Virus record (IMG/VR): IMGVR_UViG_3300009506_000046
Location: 1 to 52,144 of that record
Direction: 5' to 3' (one strand)
DNA: 52,144 nt
Origin: a virus
Lineage: Duplodnaviria > Caudoviricetes
Below are positions 26,078 to 35,754 of this stretch, piece by piece (the first letter of the stretch is position 1; every line of letters begins with the position of its first letter). Below the pieces are notes generated by a model. That model worked only from the letters and a program-made list of their open reading frames with translations. It made no database searches and had not been told where the DNA came from. Both the position numbers and the translations under genes were made by a program.

Positions 26078-27159
26078 TGCTTTCTCCTAATCGCTAGGAC
26101 CTTAGGCAGGGGTAGCTCAGTCGCCTCAACAATTTCTTTGTTCGTTGCGCCCGCCGCAATCATGCTCACCGCTGTGTCCTCCTTGTTCAAGGCTGTGTCC
26201 TCCTTGTTCAAGACGCTGACTGTTTCTGTTCTCTTTGTTTCTTTTTCACTTGTGCCTTTGCTGAGTTGTTCCCTCGCCCCGAGTATCATGAGCTCCATCT
26301 GTTTGTCGGTCAACAGATCGCTTATCATCTCGCGTTCGTTCTCGCTCAACACTTCCCCGGGTGCGGGATTGTCCAAGTTGGCAGGGTGGGCCCTGTACTG
26401 TTCTATCGCTTTCCAGCTGAACTCGGGGATCCGCTCTGGTAGAATCTGACGTACGCTCCACCCGCGGCCATCGCCATCAGGCTCAATCTTGCCGATCCTC
26501 GCCTTCAGCACCAGGGCAGCAGGCGCGCCGGTCGGTGAATCTCCTGGCACCAGCCAAAACATGCCAGATGACAACGTAGTAAGCACCTTCATTCTGCCAC
26601 CGGGTCTGACTTTCCCCACGACTGGTTGGTCGCTGATCCACACGTTTTTCAGATGCGAGGTCAAGATAATGTCCTTTACCCCTCTTTGTGCAATTGCCTC
26701 AAGCAAACCTTGGTACAGAGGCCTTACTCCCTCCGTTTCCATCCGACCGTAGGCGCGGGTTCCTGACCAGCCAAACACTCGCCGCCCCGCCTCAACCGCC
26801 GCGGTCATCGCCGCTTCAATTGGGCCAACGGTGTCAATTCCCACGGCCAGGTACTTACCATTCTCAAGTTGCTCATTGAGGACTTTGATCAGGTAATCAT
26901 AATACCCCACAAGAGCATTTCTGCCGGCCTGATCCACCCAAGGCACTTCACCCCTCGCCAGCCGGTCAAGCATGTCCCCGCCGACCCTCAAGCGATCGTA
27001 CATCCTGACGTGTTTGAATCCAAGGCCAATCATATCACTCATGGAGTCCTCGGTGTCAAGCACCAGAAGTTTGTCAATGTCCTTGGGCGGTAAGAACGTA
27101 ACGATAGCAGTACTCTTTCCCGACCCTTTGTTCCCTGAAATTACCCAAACCTTTTTCAT
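26074..27159 (-). CDS. AAA ATPase, Sak4/AAA_24-like single-strand annealing protein
   Basis: ISGNKGSGKS Walker A, VLDTE, GIDTV, ILTSH motifs; adjacent to an ERCC4-like nuclease. Confidence 0.75.
   Translation of the reverse strand: MKKVWVISGNKGSGKSTAIVTFLPPKDIDKLLVLDTEDSMSDMIGLGFKHVRMYDRLRVGGDMLDRLARGEVPWVDQAGRNALVGYYDYLIKVLNEQLENGKYLAVGIDTVGPIEAAMTAAVEAGRRVFGWSGTRAYGRMETEGVRPLYQGLLEAIAQRGVKDIILTSHLKNVWISDQPVVGKVRPGGRMKVLTTLSSGMFWLVPGDSPTGAPAALVLKARIGKIEPDGDGRGWSVRQILPERIPEFSWKAIEQYRAHPANLDNPAPGEVLSENEREMISDLLTDKQMELMILGAREQLSKGTSEKETKRTETVSVLNKEDTALNKEDTAVSMIAAGATNKEIVEATELPLPKVLAIRRKQ
26171..26212. repeat. 21-bp perfect in-frame tandem duplication (LNKEDTA x2)
   Basis: GCTGTGTCCTCCTTGTTCAAG twice. 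Confidence 0.9.
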
Positions 27160-28028
27160 GACGCTGTTCCTTTCATTATATGATGGAGCTTCTCTATTCG
27201 TTCCTTGGTTGCGCCCGAACCTCCGTCCAGGGTAACCACAAACTCGCCGTCACTCAATCCTAACCATTCCCTTACCGCCAGGAGAGTTTTTTTTCCTATC
27301 CCCTGCGGCCTTCCTAGCGCCTTCTGCAGGCTGGCAGTCGTCAGATAATGCAAGGCGCCGTTGAGCGTTTGGTATTCCTTCGGCAAGAACTCAGCTATGG
27401 CTTGAGCGCCTTGGGGACCCAGTCCCCTAATCCCTGTCAGGGGCGCCCACCAATGCTCTTCGTACCTCACCGCCTGAACTGGGGGGCGGTCAATGATGAC
27501 TTTGTCCTCCCCCAATCTCCTAAACGTACTCTCATGCCACCGCGCCAGCCAACCCGCGATCTTGTTTGCGCTGTGCAACTGCGTTACATGCCCACCCCGC
27601 AGTTGCCACCAATCGAGCGCGGCGGTGATTTGCTGATAGTTGAATGATGTACTAACCCACTTGCGGCCGATATACACCGCTCCGTCCTTGCGCTCCTCAA
27701 ATTGCCCAATGACCAACAGCCACGGCCCCATCGCACCGCACCATTCAAGCATCCGTCTTTCGATGTCGGCCAAGTGGGGGATGGATGACAAGAGATCCTG
27801 CCCATCCTTGCGCTGGATTAGCACGCCTGCCTCAGTGTGTTCCCTCAGCGCCTTTTGATGCGGGATGCCTTGTGTCAACACGGCGGGCAGTTTAGGACTC
27901 CTAAGTGGAGAGACAAGCAAATCGGCCCCGGTGAAGTGTTCCAGACCCTGAACTTGTATCGCGGCTTGCTGCACCGCCTTAGGCAAGCGTGAGTTGCTTC
28001 GCGCCTCTGTTGGGTCAATGGCTATCAT
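27156..28028 (-). CDS. ERCC4/XPF-like nuclease with HhH motifs
   Basis: IAIDPTE, GADL, IQRKDGQDLLSS; GIRGLGPQGA and GIGKKT HhH motifs. Confidence 0.75.
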   Translation of the reverse strand: MIAIDPTEARSNSRLPKAVQQAAIQVQGLEHFTGADLLVSPLRSPKLPAVLTQGIPHQKALREHTEAGVLIQRKDGQDLLSSIPHLADIERRMLEWCGAMGPWLLVIGQFEERKDGAVYIGRKWVSTSFNYQQITAALDWWQLRGGHVTQLHSANKIAGWLARWHESTFRRLGEDKVIIDRPPVQAVRYEEHWWAPLTGIRGLGPQGAQAIAEFLPKEYQTLNGALHYLTTASLQKALGRPQGIGKKTLLAVREWLGLSDGEFVVTLDGGSGATKERIEKLHHIMKGTAS

Positions 28029-28312
28029 ATCCCCAGGCGCTTTCTTGTCGCTTCTAGCATGGCTATAAACTCGTCAAGCTGTTCGGTGTGCACCAAGATG
28101 GGCGAACCCAACTTTGGCATACTTGTCACTCGGTCAACAATTGACTCAAAGATCAGGATACCTCGCCCCGCGCCATCGCCGGTGACATTGACTCTATGGT
28201 CTTGGTTAACTGGTATCATCTCATCGTCAATGCTGTAGGGGTCGTCATCCTCTGTCATGTGGACTGTCTTCGTTGAAAGCGTGATATTTGGCATGACCTT
28301 TTCCTTGTCCAT
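28025..28312 (-). CDS. Hypothetical protein
   Basis: ATGA coupling; start may be 28295. Confidence 0.6.
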   Translation of the reverse strand: MDKEKVMPNITLSTKTVHMTEDDDPYSIDDEMIPVNQDHRVNVTGDGAGRGILIFESIVDRVTSMPKLGSPILVHTEQLDEFIAMLEATRKRLGI

Positions 28313-28314
28313 AG

Positions 28315-28345
28315 GCGGGGTGGGGGAGTTGCACCCCCACCCCGC
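28315..28345. other. GC-rich intergenic hairpin
   Basis: GCGGGGTGGGGG-AGTTGCA-CCCCCACCCCGC 12-bp stem. Confidence 0.55.
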
Positions 28346-28373
28346 ACGATTTGAGCCAACACTTAAGGCGGGA

Positions 28374-29648
28374 TTAGACCTTATCCCACCAACTCAGTAC
28401 CTCTTCCGGCGTGGTCATGTACTCTTCGGCGAGTCGTTTGGCCATCCCCGTCAACGCTTTCTTGACAACGGGCATCGGGCGGTTTTTCCCGTCGAGTACG
28501 GTTTCCCTGATCTCATTGACAGCAGTGTACCAGTCATCGGGGTACTCCCTCCATGCCTCCGGTACACTATCGCCCGAACTCGCGGTCTCCTCGGTGTCAG
28601 ATTCGGCGTCAGGCTCGGCGTCAGGTTCGTCTGCACTTACCTCAATCTCCAAGTCCTCGCGCTCCGCTTTTGCGGCGGTAGTCGCCGTCCTCTCGCTGGT
28701 GTAGAATGCGGTCACGACGGGAACTCGATTGCGGCGTGCTTGACCTTCCGGCGTCGTCCAAACGTCATCCACCCGAGGGGATGGGACCTGGATCACTCGA
28801 CAGAACACCGCATCTTCCCAGTTGTGGGTAGCTACCATAAGCGCTTCCTTGAGCTTGTCGCTCTCGGTCTTGTCGGGGTCGCTGATCTTTGCATCCTTCT
28901 CCCCGAGCGCGGCCCATAGGTCAATGCGCCGTTGCCAGAGTACACTCTTGTCGTACCCCACTTCCCCGTTGCCGACCATCCGTTCCTCAAAGTCGGCGGT
29001 GACAATGAACTCATCGTCAGGCACCAAGAACTCGCCCAGATCAAAGCCAGGAGACTTCCACTTCATCAGCGTGGCATAGGCAGCAACCAGGGAGGGCAAA
29101 GTCATCCCGTGCCATCGCCACCAACTCGGGGAGTTCTTTGCAATCCCCTTTTGTTCCACGCTGAAGACCATGACATCGGTTTCGAATTTCTCCTTTCCCT
29201 CATCAGAGATGGTCAGCACGTCAGCGATGGGCATTTCCAACCGCCACAGATGCGAGGGTCGGCGGTCAAACGGTCTTCCCGATCGGCTAGCAGCGGGTTC
29301 CTCCAAGTTCAACAGTCGTGCCAGAACCGCCGCTTGGTCAGGATCGCGGTAGATGTAGTTGAACTTGTCACCGGCGCGGGACGTTTCGATTAGGTCAGCT
29401 ACACCGTGCTCTCTGACCAGCAGGTCCACCCATCGCTCGTTGGTCACCTCGTCGGTTTCGTCCAGGACGGTGCGTAGGTCGTTATTGTAATCGCTGTATA
29501 GTTGTTCAAGGTTGAACTCTACCCAACCCACAGCGTATACATGTCCAGCCTTCGCCGGGCCGATCCAGGCACTTGGCGCAAAGCTCGTGCCTACAGGCGT
29601 TTCGTGTGATTCTGTTCCCAATTTAAATATCTTGTGCGGCATTGCCAT
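28374..29648 (-). CDS. Hypothetical protein with acidic linker (possible SSB/recombination factor)
   Basis: 424 aa, AAGGAG RBS; first gene of the Sak4/ERCC4 operon. Confidence 0.75.
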   Translation of the reverse strand: MAMPHKIFKLGTESHETPVGTSFAPSAWIGPAKAGHVYAVGWVEFNLEQLYSDYNNDLRTVLDETDEVTNERWVDLLVREHGVADLIETSRAGDKFNYIYRDPDQAAVLARLLNLEEPAASRSGRPFDRRPSHLWRLEMPIADVLTISDEGKEKFETDVMVFSVEQKGIAKNSPSWWRWHGMTLPSLVAAYATLMKWKSPGFDLGEFLVPDDEFIVTADFEERMVGNGEVGYDKSVLWQRRIDLWAALGEKDAKISDPDKTESDKLKEALMVATHNWEDAVFCRVIQVPSPRVDDVWTTPEGQARRNRVPVVTAFYTSERTATTAAKAEREDLEIEVSADEPDAEPDAESDTEETASSGDSVPEAWREYPDDWYTAVNEIRETVLDGKNRPMPVVKKALTGMAKRLAEEYMTTPEEVLSWWDKV

Positions 29649-29739
29649 TTTCTCCTTGTGTTTTTCTACTTCAAATTGAATACCGATAACCGTCTACTCC
29701 CGTTGCCCTATTGACTTACCTTGTACCTCCTTTCATCTC

Positions 29740-29783
29740 ATACGATACATTGATAATGTATCATATTATTACAAAGTTGTCAA
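29740..29783 (-). promoter_or_regulatory. sigma70-type promoter, family B, with palindromic operator
   Basis: TTGACA-17-TACATT with TG extension; GATACATT-GAT-AATGTATC palindrome; 27-mer identical to 35624-35650. Confidence 0.85.
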
Positions 29784-29784
29784 G

Positions 29785-30396
29785 TCACGCCCAATCGAAC
29801 ACTACCATGAGCTTGAGCATGTTCCTTGTGACTCCGGTCCACCCCGCAAAGTGCATGACGTGGATGGCGCAGTTGAACCAGCGATTAGTTACCCAACAAG
29901 GGTAATACTTGATCCAACGACCTTCCTTAATCGCTAATTCGACGCCTTCGCGGTCAAGGCTGGAGTCGAGCCCATACTTCAATTCGTTCCCCTCCATCGT
30001 CATGGAGGGCAGGATAGCCACGCTGCCCTCCATTATCTTGCTGAACCCAGGCACAAGCGAAAGGGCACGGAGCAAGTCTTGATTATGCACACTCTCGATA
30101 ATGTATCCAACCGTTGGTTGGTCACCATGAGCCGTTGGGTGTGCTTGCGAGGGGTTGCCCTCGTAAAACGCACTATGGAGTGGTGGGCGACTGTCAATGT
30201 GCTTAGTGGGCATACCGCAGAACTCATCCCAAAACTCGTCCTCATCATCGTCAAGGGACAGCACGGGCACAGGCGCATCTTCAATGCTGCCGTAGGTGAC
30301 TTCTAACTTGTTGGCGATTTCCCAATCAAAGCGTGGGTCATCCTTTGCGGCATCGTTAATGCCGCAAAGGAATATAAGATAAGGGTCAACTGACAT
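29785..30396 (-). CDS. Hypothetical protein
   Basis: 203 aa, GGAGG RBS. Confidence 0.7.
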   Translation of the reverse strand: MSVDPYLIFLCGINDAAKDDPRFDWEIANKLEVTYGSIEDAPVPVLSLDDDEDEFWDEFCGMPTKHIDSRPPLHSAFYEGNPSQAHPTAHGDQPTVGYIIESVHNQDLLRALSLVPGFSKIMEGSVAILPSMTMEGNELKYGLDSSLDREGVELAIKEGRWIKYYPCWVTNRWFNCAIHVMHFAGWTGVTRNMLKLMVVFDWA

Positions 30397-30826
30397 TGCT
30401 TTTGCCTCCCTGTCGCAGATATGCCGTCAGCACATCTTCAAAGTCGAGGTCATCATAGTCCAGGTCGGTCACAGGGGGCAATCCCCGGTTGTCTCTATGC
30501 TCATTTCTTTCCCTGTTGAGTCGAGCAACATACTCCCGGCCCCACCTCTCGATGTCGGTGATGGTCACGGTGATGCACACTCCGGCATCAAGCTCTAAGT
30601 TGCGCCTGCGGTACTCGTCAGCATAGTCTCGGTCGGGGTAGATTGCAGCGTAAAACACACCATGCCTAAATTCCCCCGTCCATTCCTTGTGACCGTACAG
30701 AGGTCGGGCGGCATTGTAGATTTCCGCTCCTTCGGCCAGGTCGGGCGGTATCCCCATCGCGCGAGGGTTCAGGTGACTGTCGGCGGGCATCCCTTCTACA
30801 AAGATTACTTCCTTTGTGTCGGTCAT
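30386..30826 (-). CDS. Hypothetical protein
   Basis: GGAGGTG RBS; ATGA coupling. Confidence 0.7.
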   Translation of the reverse strand: MTDTKEVIFVEGMPADSHLNPRAMGIPPDLAEGAEIYNAARPLYGHKEWTGEFRHGVFYAAIYPDRDYADEYRRRNLELDAGVCITVTITDIERWGREYVARLNRERNEHRDNRGLPPVTDLDYDDLDFEDVLTAYLRQGGKSNVS

Positions 30827-31305
30827 GATTTCACCTCCGGGGCAAGCACGATCAGTTCCTTCGAGATGAAAGTTCGTGGGTCATCCCTCTGCTCGACAAA
30901 GTCAAGGTCAAGATGCGGTGCGGCTTTCTCAAAAGCCTTCGCATCCAGCTTGAGGAACTTACCAAGCGTCGTGCAGAACTTCAATGCCGCTCCCTTATCA
31001 TAGACCAAGTTGGTATACACCCTGATTTCAACAGAGGGGTGGGGCTTCTTGGTCCCGTCGAACTCATAAGCCTCTAGCGCGGCGTGGCGCAAGTGTACCT
31101 CCGCTTGCAGCCGGTCACTCTTCGCCGTCTCTAGCGCCTCATGCTTCTGGTCCAGAATCTGCCCGTACCGTGCCGCTACCATCTCGGCAACCTCGGCCTC
31201 AATTGCTGCAACCTCATCCTCGAGTTGTTCCTCAACCTCCCGCGCCCTCGCTAACTCACTCACCAACTGGTTGATCTTCTGCATGGCCATTTCCTCCTTT
31301 TTCAT
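30823..31305 (-). CDS. Coiled-coil protein, Gam/Gp157-like
   Basis: N-terminal coiled coil followed by GTKKPHPSVEIR...LKLDAKAF. Confidence 0.5.
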   Translation of the reverse strand: MKKEEMAMQKINQLVSELARAREVEEQLEDEVAAIEAEVAEMVAARYGQILDQKHEALETAKSDRLQAEVHLRHAALEAYEFDGTKKPHPSVEIRVYTNLVYDKGAALKFCTTLGKFLKLDAKAFEKAAPHLDLDFVEQRDDPRTFISKELIVLAPEVKS

Positions 31306-31489
31306 CTATAAACTCCCACTCATCCAGTCCAGGGATGAGGCCCAATCCAGAGCCGCGATCCCAATCCACGAACATGGTCCCGCGCCCGTCTACGCCTGTG
31401 ACAGTGCCTTCGTCGCCAGGTTGAACCCTGGTTATTTCGTCATCCGTGTAGATGAGTCTCACCCTGCGCCCTATGTTTGCATTGCTCAT
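31256..31489 (-). CDS. DUF4314-like protein
   Basis: GRRVRL...PGDEGTVTGVD..GTMFVDWDRGSGLGLIPGLD pattern. Confidence 0.8.
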   Translation of the reverse strand: MSNANIGRRVRLIYTDDEITRVQPGDEGTVTGVDGRGTMFVDWDRGSGLGLIPGLDEWEFIDEKGGNGHAEDQPVGE

Positions 31490-31528
31490 TGACTTACCTT
31501 TCTGTTGCCCACCCTCCCGCCCGATTGA

Positions 31529-31714
31529 TTACTTTTCAATCACTTCAAACTCGTGTGCCCACACTTTGACCTTTTGCCCAGTGTCACCTTTGACAACGGC
31601 GTACCCGCTTCGTCCAGGCGAAAACTCTAAGACCTCATACGTCTTTCCTTTGAGCATGCCGTGACAATCTTCAACGGGGACATCCTGAGTCAACTTAATC
31701 CTCAACGCCTTCAC
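31529..31714 (-). CDS. Small SH3-like hypothetical protein
   Basis: GGAGG RBS, GTG start; short beta-rich ORF. Confidence 0.55.
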   Translation of the reverse strand: MKALRIKLTQDVPVEDCHGMLKGKTYEVLEFSPGRSGYAVVKGDTGQKVKVWAHEFEVIEK

Positions 31715-34403
31715 CTCCTTCCTCGACTAATTCTACCTCTGTTTCCTCATCTTCAATCAATGCCTCTTGGTCGTAAACCTCCAACTCTTGGGCGAACCTC
31801 GACGGGAACATAGCGGAGTTTCTGTACCTCTGCACTCCGCTGAGGTGACATTCCTCTTTTGCTCGACTGACAAGCACAAAAGCGATACATCTTTCATCTT
31901 CAACTCTTGACATCCCGCCAGTCGGTAGCACCCCGGCGTTAGGGGGTGGTATCATTGAAAAAGTATGAGGCAGCAAGCCCCGCGGTTCTCCAGTTCGGAT
32001 GTCATACCCTTCACTTAACCCAATGCCATACACCACCTTTCGCTCCAGGCCCTTCAATCGGTGCACCGTGCTCAATACCACGTACTCATCCCAATCTTTA
32101 TCCTTGACGCTCTCGGCCGCTTTCACCGCTTGCGCCACATAGTCAAGGAACTCTTTTGCATCGTCAAATTCTGCAGCGATGTCAATAACCGTCTCCAGGT
32201 CATCAAGCTTTGCTGAGTCGCCATCGTCAACGATTCCCTCTTTGTGAACCAGGTACTTGCGGTAGCAGTGGTCAATGATGTATCTCAGCGGTTGCGCTGC
32301 GTTCTCCCCTGCAGCTAACTCCGCTTGTAACTCTTGAACAAACCCGGTCAGGTCTGAAACACCAGGCTTCCAACTGCGTCTTTGCCCTGCCGCGTGCCAA
32401 ATCCTCCGGTAATCTTCCCCGCACGCTGACAGGAACGCTCTCCCCAAGTACCGATGTGGGCAATACTCATCTTTCTTTTCGCCCCACAAGTGAACGTTGT
32501 AGTTGGAAGCGATGTTATACACTCGCTTGAAAGCCTCCCGATCGGATTCGTCATACGCCAGCCGCAGATACCCGATGACATCGGCTACGTGCATCATTGT
32601 CCAAAAGCTCCCGCCCGTAATATTGATAAACGGGATCTCGGACTTTATCAGAGCGCCCTCCATGTACCCCAACTGGGCGCGGGTACGGGCGCCCACAAAG
32701 TAATCTCCGGGCTCCCTCCCGTTCGCCAATCCCTCAATCAAGGATGCGGTGAGGGAAATTGCCTCTATCTCCGGTGATGGGTGCATTGTAAAACTGACGG
32801 GGTCCCCGTCCGGTGCATCCTCCCGCGGTCGTAGTTCCTTCAGGTACTTGTCATCATACGGCCCGCCCTCTTGCTGATAATTGTACCTAATCAGTCTCAA
32901 TTGGGCGTCGATGATCTCCTTTGTGGAGCGGTAATTAGTCTCCAGCTTGATCAGCACGCCATCGGGGTAGCGCTCCTCGAACCCCTCATACAGGTTGCTT
33001 TCCGGCGTGGCGCCTGCAAACCTGTAGAGCAATTGGTCAGTATCCCCGACAATGTAGAATCTGTTCTGTGGTTCTGCCAGGGTGGTGAGGATCCGCATAG
33101 CTTGGGCGCTTGTGTCTTGCCCTTCGTCCACGATGATGTACTGGTAGCGCTCTTGGAACTTTTCGCGGAAGCCCCGATCGGTTTTGAGTTTGATTTCTGC
33201 ATCTAGTAGCATATCGGAGAAGGTCAACAAGTTCTCGCGCTTCATCCGTCCGTCAAATTGCCGGCGCGCTTCGTGCAATTGCCGTCCCACATTCCGACCG
33301 TAGCAGTCAACACATTGGGAAAAGAAGTCCTGGTCATCGCCACTGGTCAATCCCTCTATCTTTGCGGCGTTGACCCACGCTAAGACCTCTGCCCACCCCG
33401 GTTGATCTCCCCCGGGTCCCCAACTTTGCTCAATCGCTTCCTCCATGTACTTTTCCTGTTGCCAGAACTTTGCAACTCGACGCCCGTCGCCATCCTCGCG
33501 TAACATCCGGAAGCACAGGGCATGTATTGTACAGACCTGATCTTCTGCCGCAGTCCCTTGCGCCTGCGGGTTGACCTTGATAATCCGCTTGAGCAACTCC
33601 GCTGCCATGTCTTTGTTGAATGTCACGGCTACAATGTTATTGGGAGATGCGCCATTCGCAATCAGGTAAGAGTAACGTCGGGCGACAACGAACGTTTTAC
33701 CCGCGCCAGGCCCTGCAAGCACCCGCACCGCAGAGTCGACAGGCGCCTCAATTGCCGCCATCTGTTGCGGGTTGGGCGTCGGTCCCGACAACTCAACTTT
33801 GTTTGGTTCAAGGAGCGTTACCAATTCCTCCGTTTCCCCGTCAATCTCCGTCACGTGAGCCTCATCGCCCAACCTGAACGGCGAGGCGGGAGGGGAGGCC
33901 GGTGCCTCAGCACCGACCTCCGAGGAAGGTGTATCGTTTCCGGGGGGAATTGGGCCTCCCGCCTCTGTCAGTGTCGAGGAATCACTCATCTCGGTTTGCT
34001 CTGTTTCCTCCATCGACTCCTCAACACTGACAGGTTTGCGCCCCTTGCTATCCTCGAGCGCCAACTTCCACAGTTCTCTCAATTTAGCAACCATGCGATC
34101 CTGCCAACCGGGTTGGCGCGTGGTCCAGCGATCAAACTTCCCGAGCGCAAACCACTCTCTTGCTTTAGGGTAGTAGTACTCAACCCACAGCCGGATAGAA
34201 TCTTCTCCGGTGTCACCCGCAATCCCGACCTTTGGGTCAATGCTCGATCTAATGACGATGCGCTTGTTTGTCCCGGCGACTTTCATTGTATAGGTCAATT
34301 CCTCTTTGACAGTCGCCAGGAACTCCCACAGGGGTTCCCCCGTTGCTTTGTTGACGGGCAGCGCCGCCTCAAATTGCTCCCTGGTGAATCTTTCAATAGT
34401 CAT
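31695..34403 (-). CDS. UvrD/PcrA-family SF1 helicase with N-terminal extension
   Basis: AGPGAGKT, VTFNK, TIHALC, VDEGQD, VGDTDQ, NYRST, STVHRLKGLE, VSRAK motifs. Confidence 0.93.
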   Translation of the reverse strand: MTIERFTREQFEAALPVNKATGEPLWEFLATVKEELTYTMKVAGTNKRIVIRSSIDPKVGIAGDTGEDSIRLWVEYYYPKAREWFALGKFDRWTTRQPGWQDRMVAKLRELWKLALEDSKGRKPVSVEESMEETEQTEMSDSSTLTEAGGPIPPGNDTPSSEVGAEAPASPPASPFRLGDEAHVTEIDGETEELVTLLEPNKVELSGPTPNPQQMAAIEAPVDSAVRVLAGPGAGKTFVVARRYSYLIANGASPNNIVAVTFNKDMAAELLKRIIKVNPQAQGTAAEDQVCTIHALCFRMLREDGDGRRVAKFWQQEKYMEEAIEQSWGPGGDQPGWAEVLAWVNAAKIEGLTSGDDQDFFSQCVDCYGRNVGRQLHEARRQFDGRMKRENLLTFSDMLLDAEIKLKTDRGFREKFQERYQYIIVDEGQDTSAQAMRILTTLAEPQNRFYIVGDTDQLLYRFAGATPESNLYEGFEERYPDGVLIKLETNYRSTKEIIDAQLRLIRYNYQQEGGPYDDKYLKELRPREDAPDGDPVSFTMHPSPEIEAISLTASLIEGLANGREPGDYFVGARTRAQLGYMEGALIKSEIPFINITGGSFWTMMHVADVIGYLRLAYDESDREAFKRVYNIASNYNVHLWGEKKDEYCPHRYLGRAFLSACGEDYRRIWHAAGQRRSWKPGVSDLTGFVQELQAELAAGENAAQPLRYIIDHCYRKYLVHKEGIVDDGDSAKLDDLETVIDIAAEFDDAKEFLDYVAQAVKAAESVKDKDWDEYVVLSTVHRLKGLERKVVYGIGLSEGYDIRTGEPRGLLPHTFSMIPPPNAGVLPTGGMSRVEDERCIAFVLVSRAKEECHLSGVQRYRNSAMFPSRFAQELEVYDQEALIEDEETEVELVEEGGEGVED

Positions 34404-34404
34404 C

Positions 34405-34713
34405 TTAGTGTCTCCCGTACTCTTTGCGCATTTCCTTCACCCACTCAATCGCTTGATCTATGCGCTCGGCATAATTCGTGCCGTCCTTGACCTCCTTGCG
34501 CAATCCCTGCAGTCGTCGTAACTCGTAGGTCGCTTTGGGGTAAAAGCTGTATGCTTGCTGCATCGTGTTCCAGACATGCCTACCGGCTGCTCTGCTGTAA
34601 TGGCCTGCGCATAGTTGGAGGAATGCCCACCGGATTAGTCCGGTGTCTACGTCATCCTCGAAAACTCTCTCTGGGTTCCAGTGTGACTTTGGCATCTTAG
34701 ATTTCCTCCGCAA
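34405..34713 (-). CDS. Hypothetical protein
   Basis: Operon packing; start may be 34695. Confidence 0.55.
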   Translation of the reverse strand: MRRKSKMPKSHWNPERVFEDDVDTGLIRWAFLQLCAGHYSRAAGRHVWNTMQQAYSFYPKATYELRRLQGLRKEVKDGTNYAERIDQAIEWVKEMRKEYGRH

Positions 34714-35221
34714 ATTGCTCTTGTTCCTCTCGCATCTTTCGCCAGAACATTACTCCGAGCGATGCGGCGGGTGAGTTTCCCTTTGACCAAGACTGTTCAG
34801 CTTTTTCCTCGCGGGTGGGTTCGGGTTCTGGTTCGGGTTCCTCTTCGTAGACTACCATCCACAGTTCCCCAACTCCATTGGCGGGGATGCACTTGTAGAC
34901 CTTCCCGCCGATACGTCCCAACCTCTGAGCATTGGCCTCTGTCGCGCACCAACTGATTGTCTTGTTCAGTTTGGCGGCGAGGACCTCAGCAACGGCGATG
35001 CTGTGATAACATACTGTCCCGTTGCCATTCCCCAAGCACAAGTTCCCCCGTAGGGTCCCACGACATTCAAAAGAGATCACTCCGTTTCGCTCGACTTTCA
35101 CTCTGTACTGCTTCCCTCTTGATCCTGGGACAATGAATGTATTGGGGGAACTTTCAGCGGTGAATATCGCTGCTGCTTTGGCCTTTTTGATGCGGTTTGC
35201 CAAGTTTGTTTTGGAGGTCAT
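34697..35221 (-). CDS. SWIM-like zinc-finger protein
   Basis: FIVPGSRGKQYRV...FECR...C...CYHSIAV. Confidence 0.6.
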   Translation of the reverse strand: MTSKTNLANRIKKAKAAAIFTAESSPNTFIVPGSRGKQYRVKVERNGVISFECRGTLRGNLCLGNGNGTVCYHSIAVAEVLAAKLNKTISWCATEANAQRLGRIGGKVYKCIPANGVGELWMVVYEEEPEPEPEPTREEKAEQSWSKGNSPAASLGVMFWRKMREEQEQFAEEI

Positions 35222-35592
35222 GAGATCGTCTCCACAAGGCGCAGGCCTGAGCCCTTGCTCAATCTGAACAGATCCCCAAACGCTAAAAACCCGTCAGCCT
35301 CCATGACGGTCAGCATCAAGGTTTCTGCATCGCTCAGGTCATCAAAATCTTTCATAAAGATGTCAACTTGCGGTCGGGTTGCTCTGTTGACGTAGGGCGT
35401 CATCGCTGCGACTCGGAACTTGCCCCGAACATTCAGGAGGGTGAGGCGGGCGGTTCCGGTTAGGTCCGTCACTACCTCAATCAGCTTTCCCCCGAGCTGG
35501 GAGACAAATCTGTCGGTGTCTTCGCCCGACCCGTTCCTCAATCTCGACTCCAATTTGTCAACCTGATCTTGTGCCCAATCTTTTTGATCCAT
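35218..35592 (-). CDS. Hypothetical protein (first gene after a family B promoter)
   Basis: AAAGGGG RBS before ATG 35592; the upstream part of the tracked ORF overlaps the promoter. Confidence 0.6.
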   Translation of the reverse strand: MDQKDWAQDQVDKLESRLRNGSGEDTDRFVSQLGGKLIEVVTDLTGTARLTLLNVRGKFRVAAMTPYVNRATRPQVDIFMKDFDDLSDAETLMLTVMEADGFLAFGDLFRLSKGSGLRLVETIS

Positions 35593-35623
35593 CTGACTTC
35601 CCCTTTCTTGAACTCCGGAATTG

Positions 35624-35667
35624 ATACGATACATTGATAATGTATCATATCTCCGCGAGTTTGTCAA
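35624..35667 (-). promoter_or_regulatory. sigma70-type promoter, family B, with palindromic operator
   Basis: TTGACA-17-TACATT with TG extension; same palindrome as 29744-29762. Confidence 0.85.
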
Positions 35668-35754
35668 GAGGGAAACTTGAAACTCATCAGAGTCCATTAA
35701 ATCCAATGCGCTCCCAATGCACTATCCACACACGACCGCGTCACTCCAATATAA

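Noticed and set aside
28315-28345. tRNA (GGTGCAACTCC T-loop-like sequence on the minus strand)
   Set aside because: Only a single hairpin; no D arm, anticodon arm or cloverleaf
19022-35667. CRISPR array or att sites from the repeated 19- and 27-mers
   Set aside because: Copies are kilobases apart, overlap -10 boxes, and no cas or integrase gene is present
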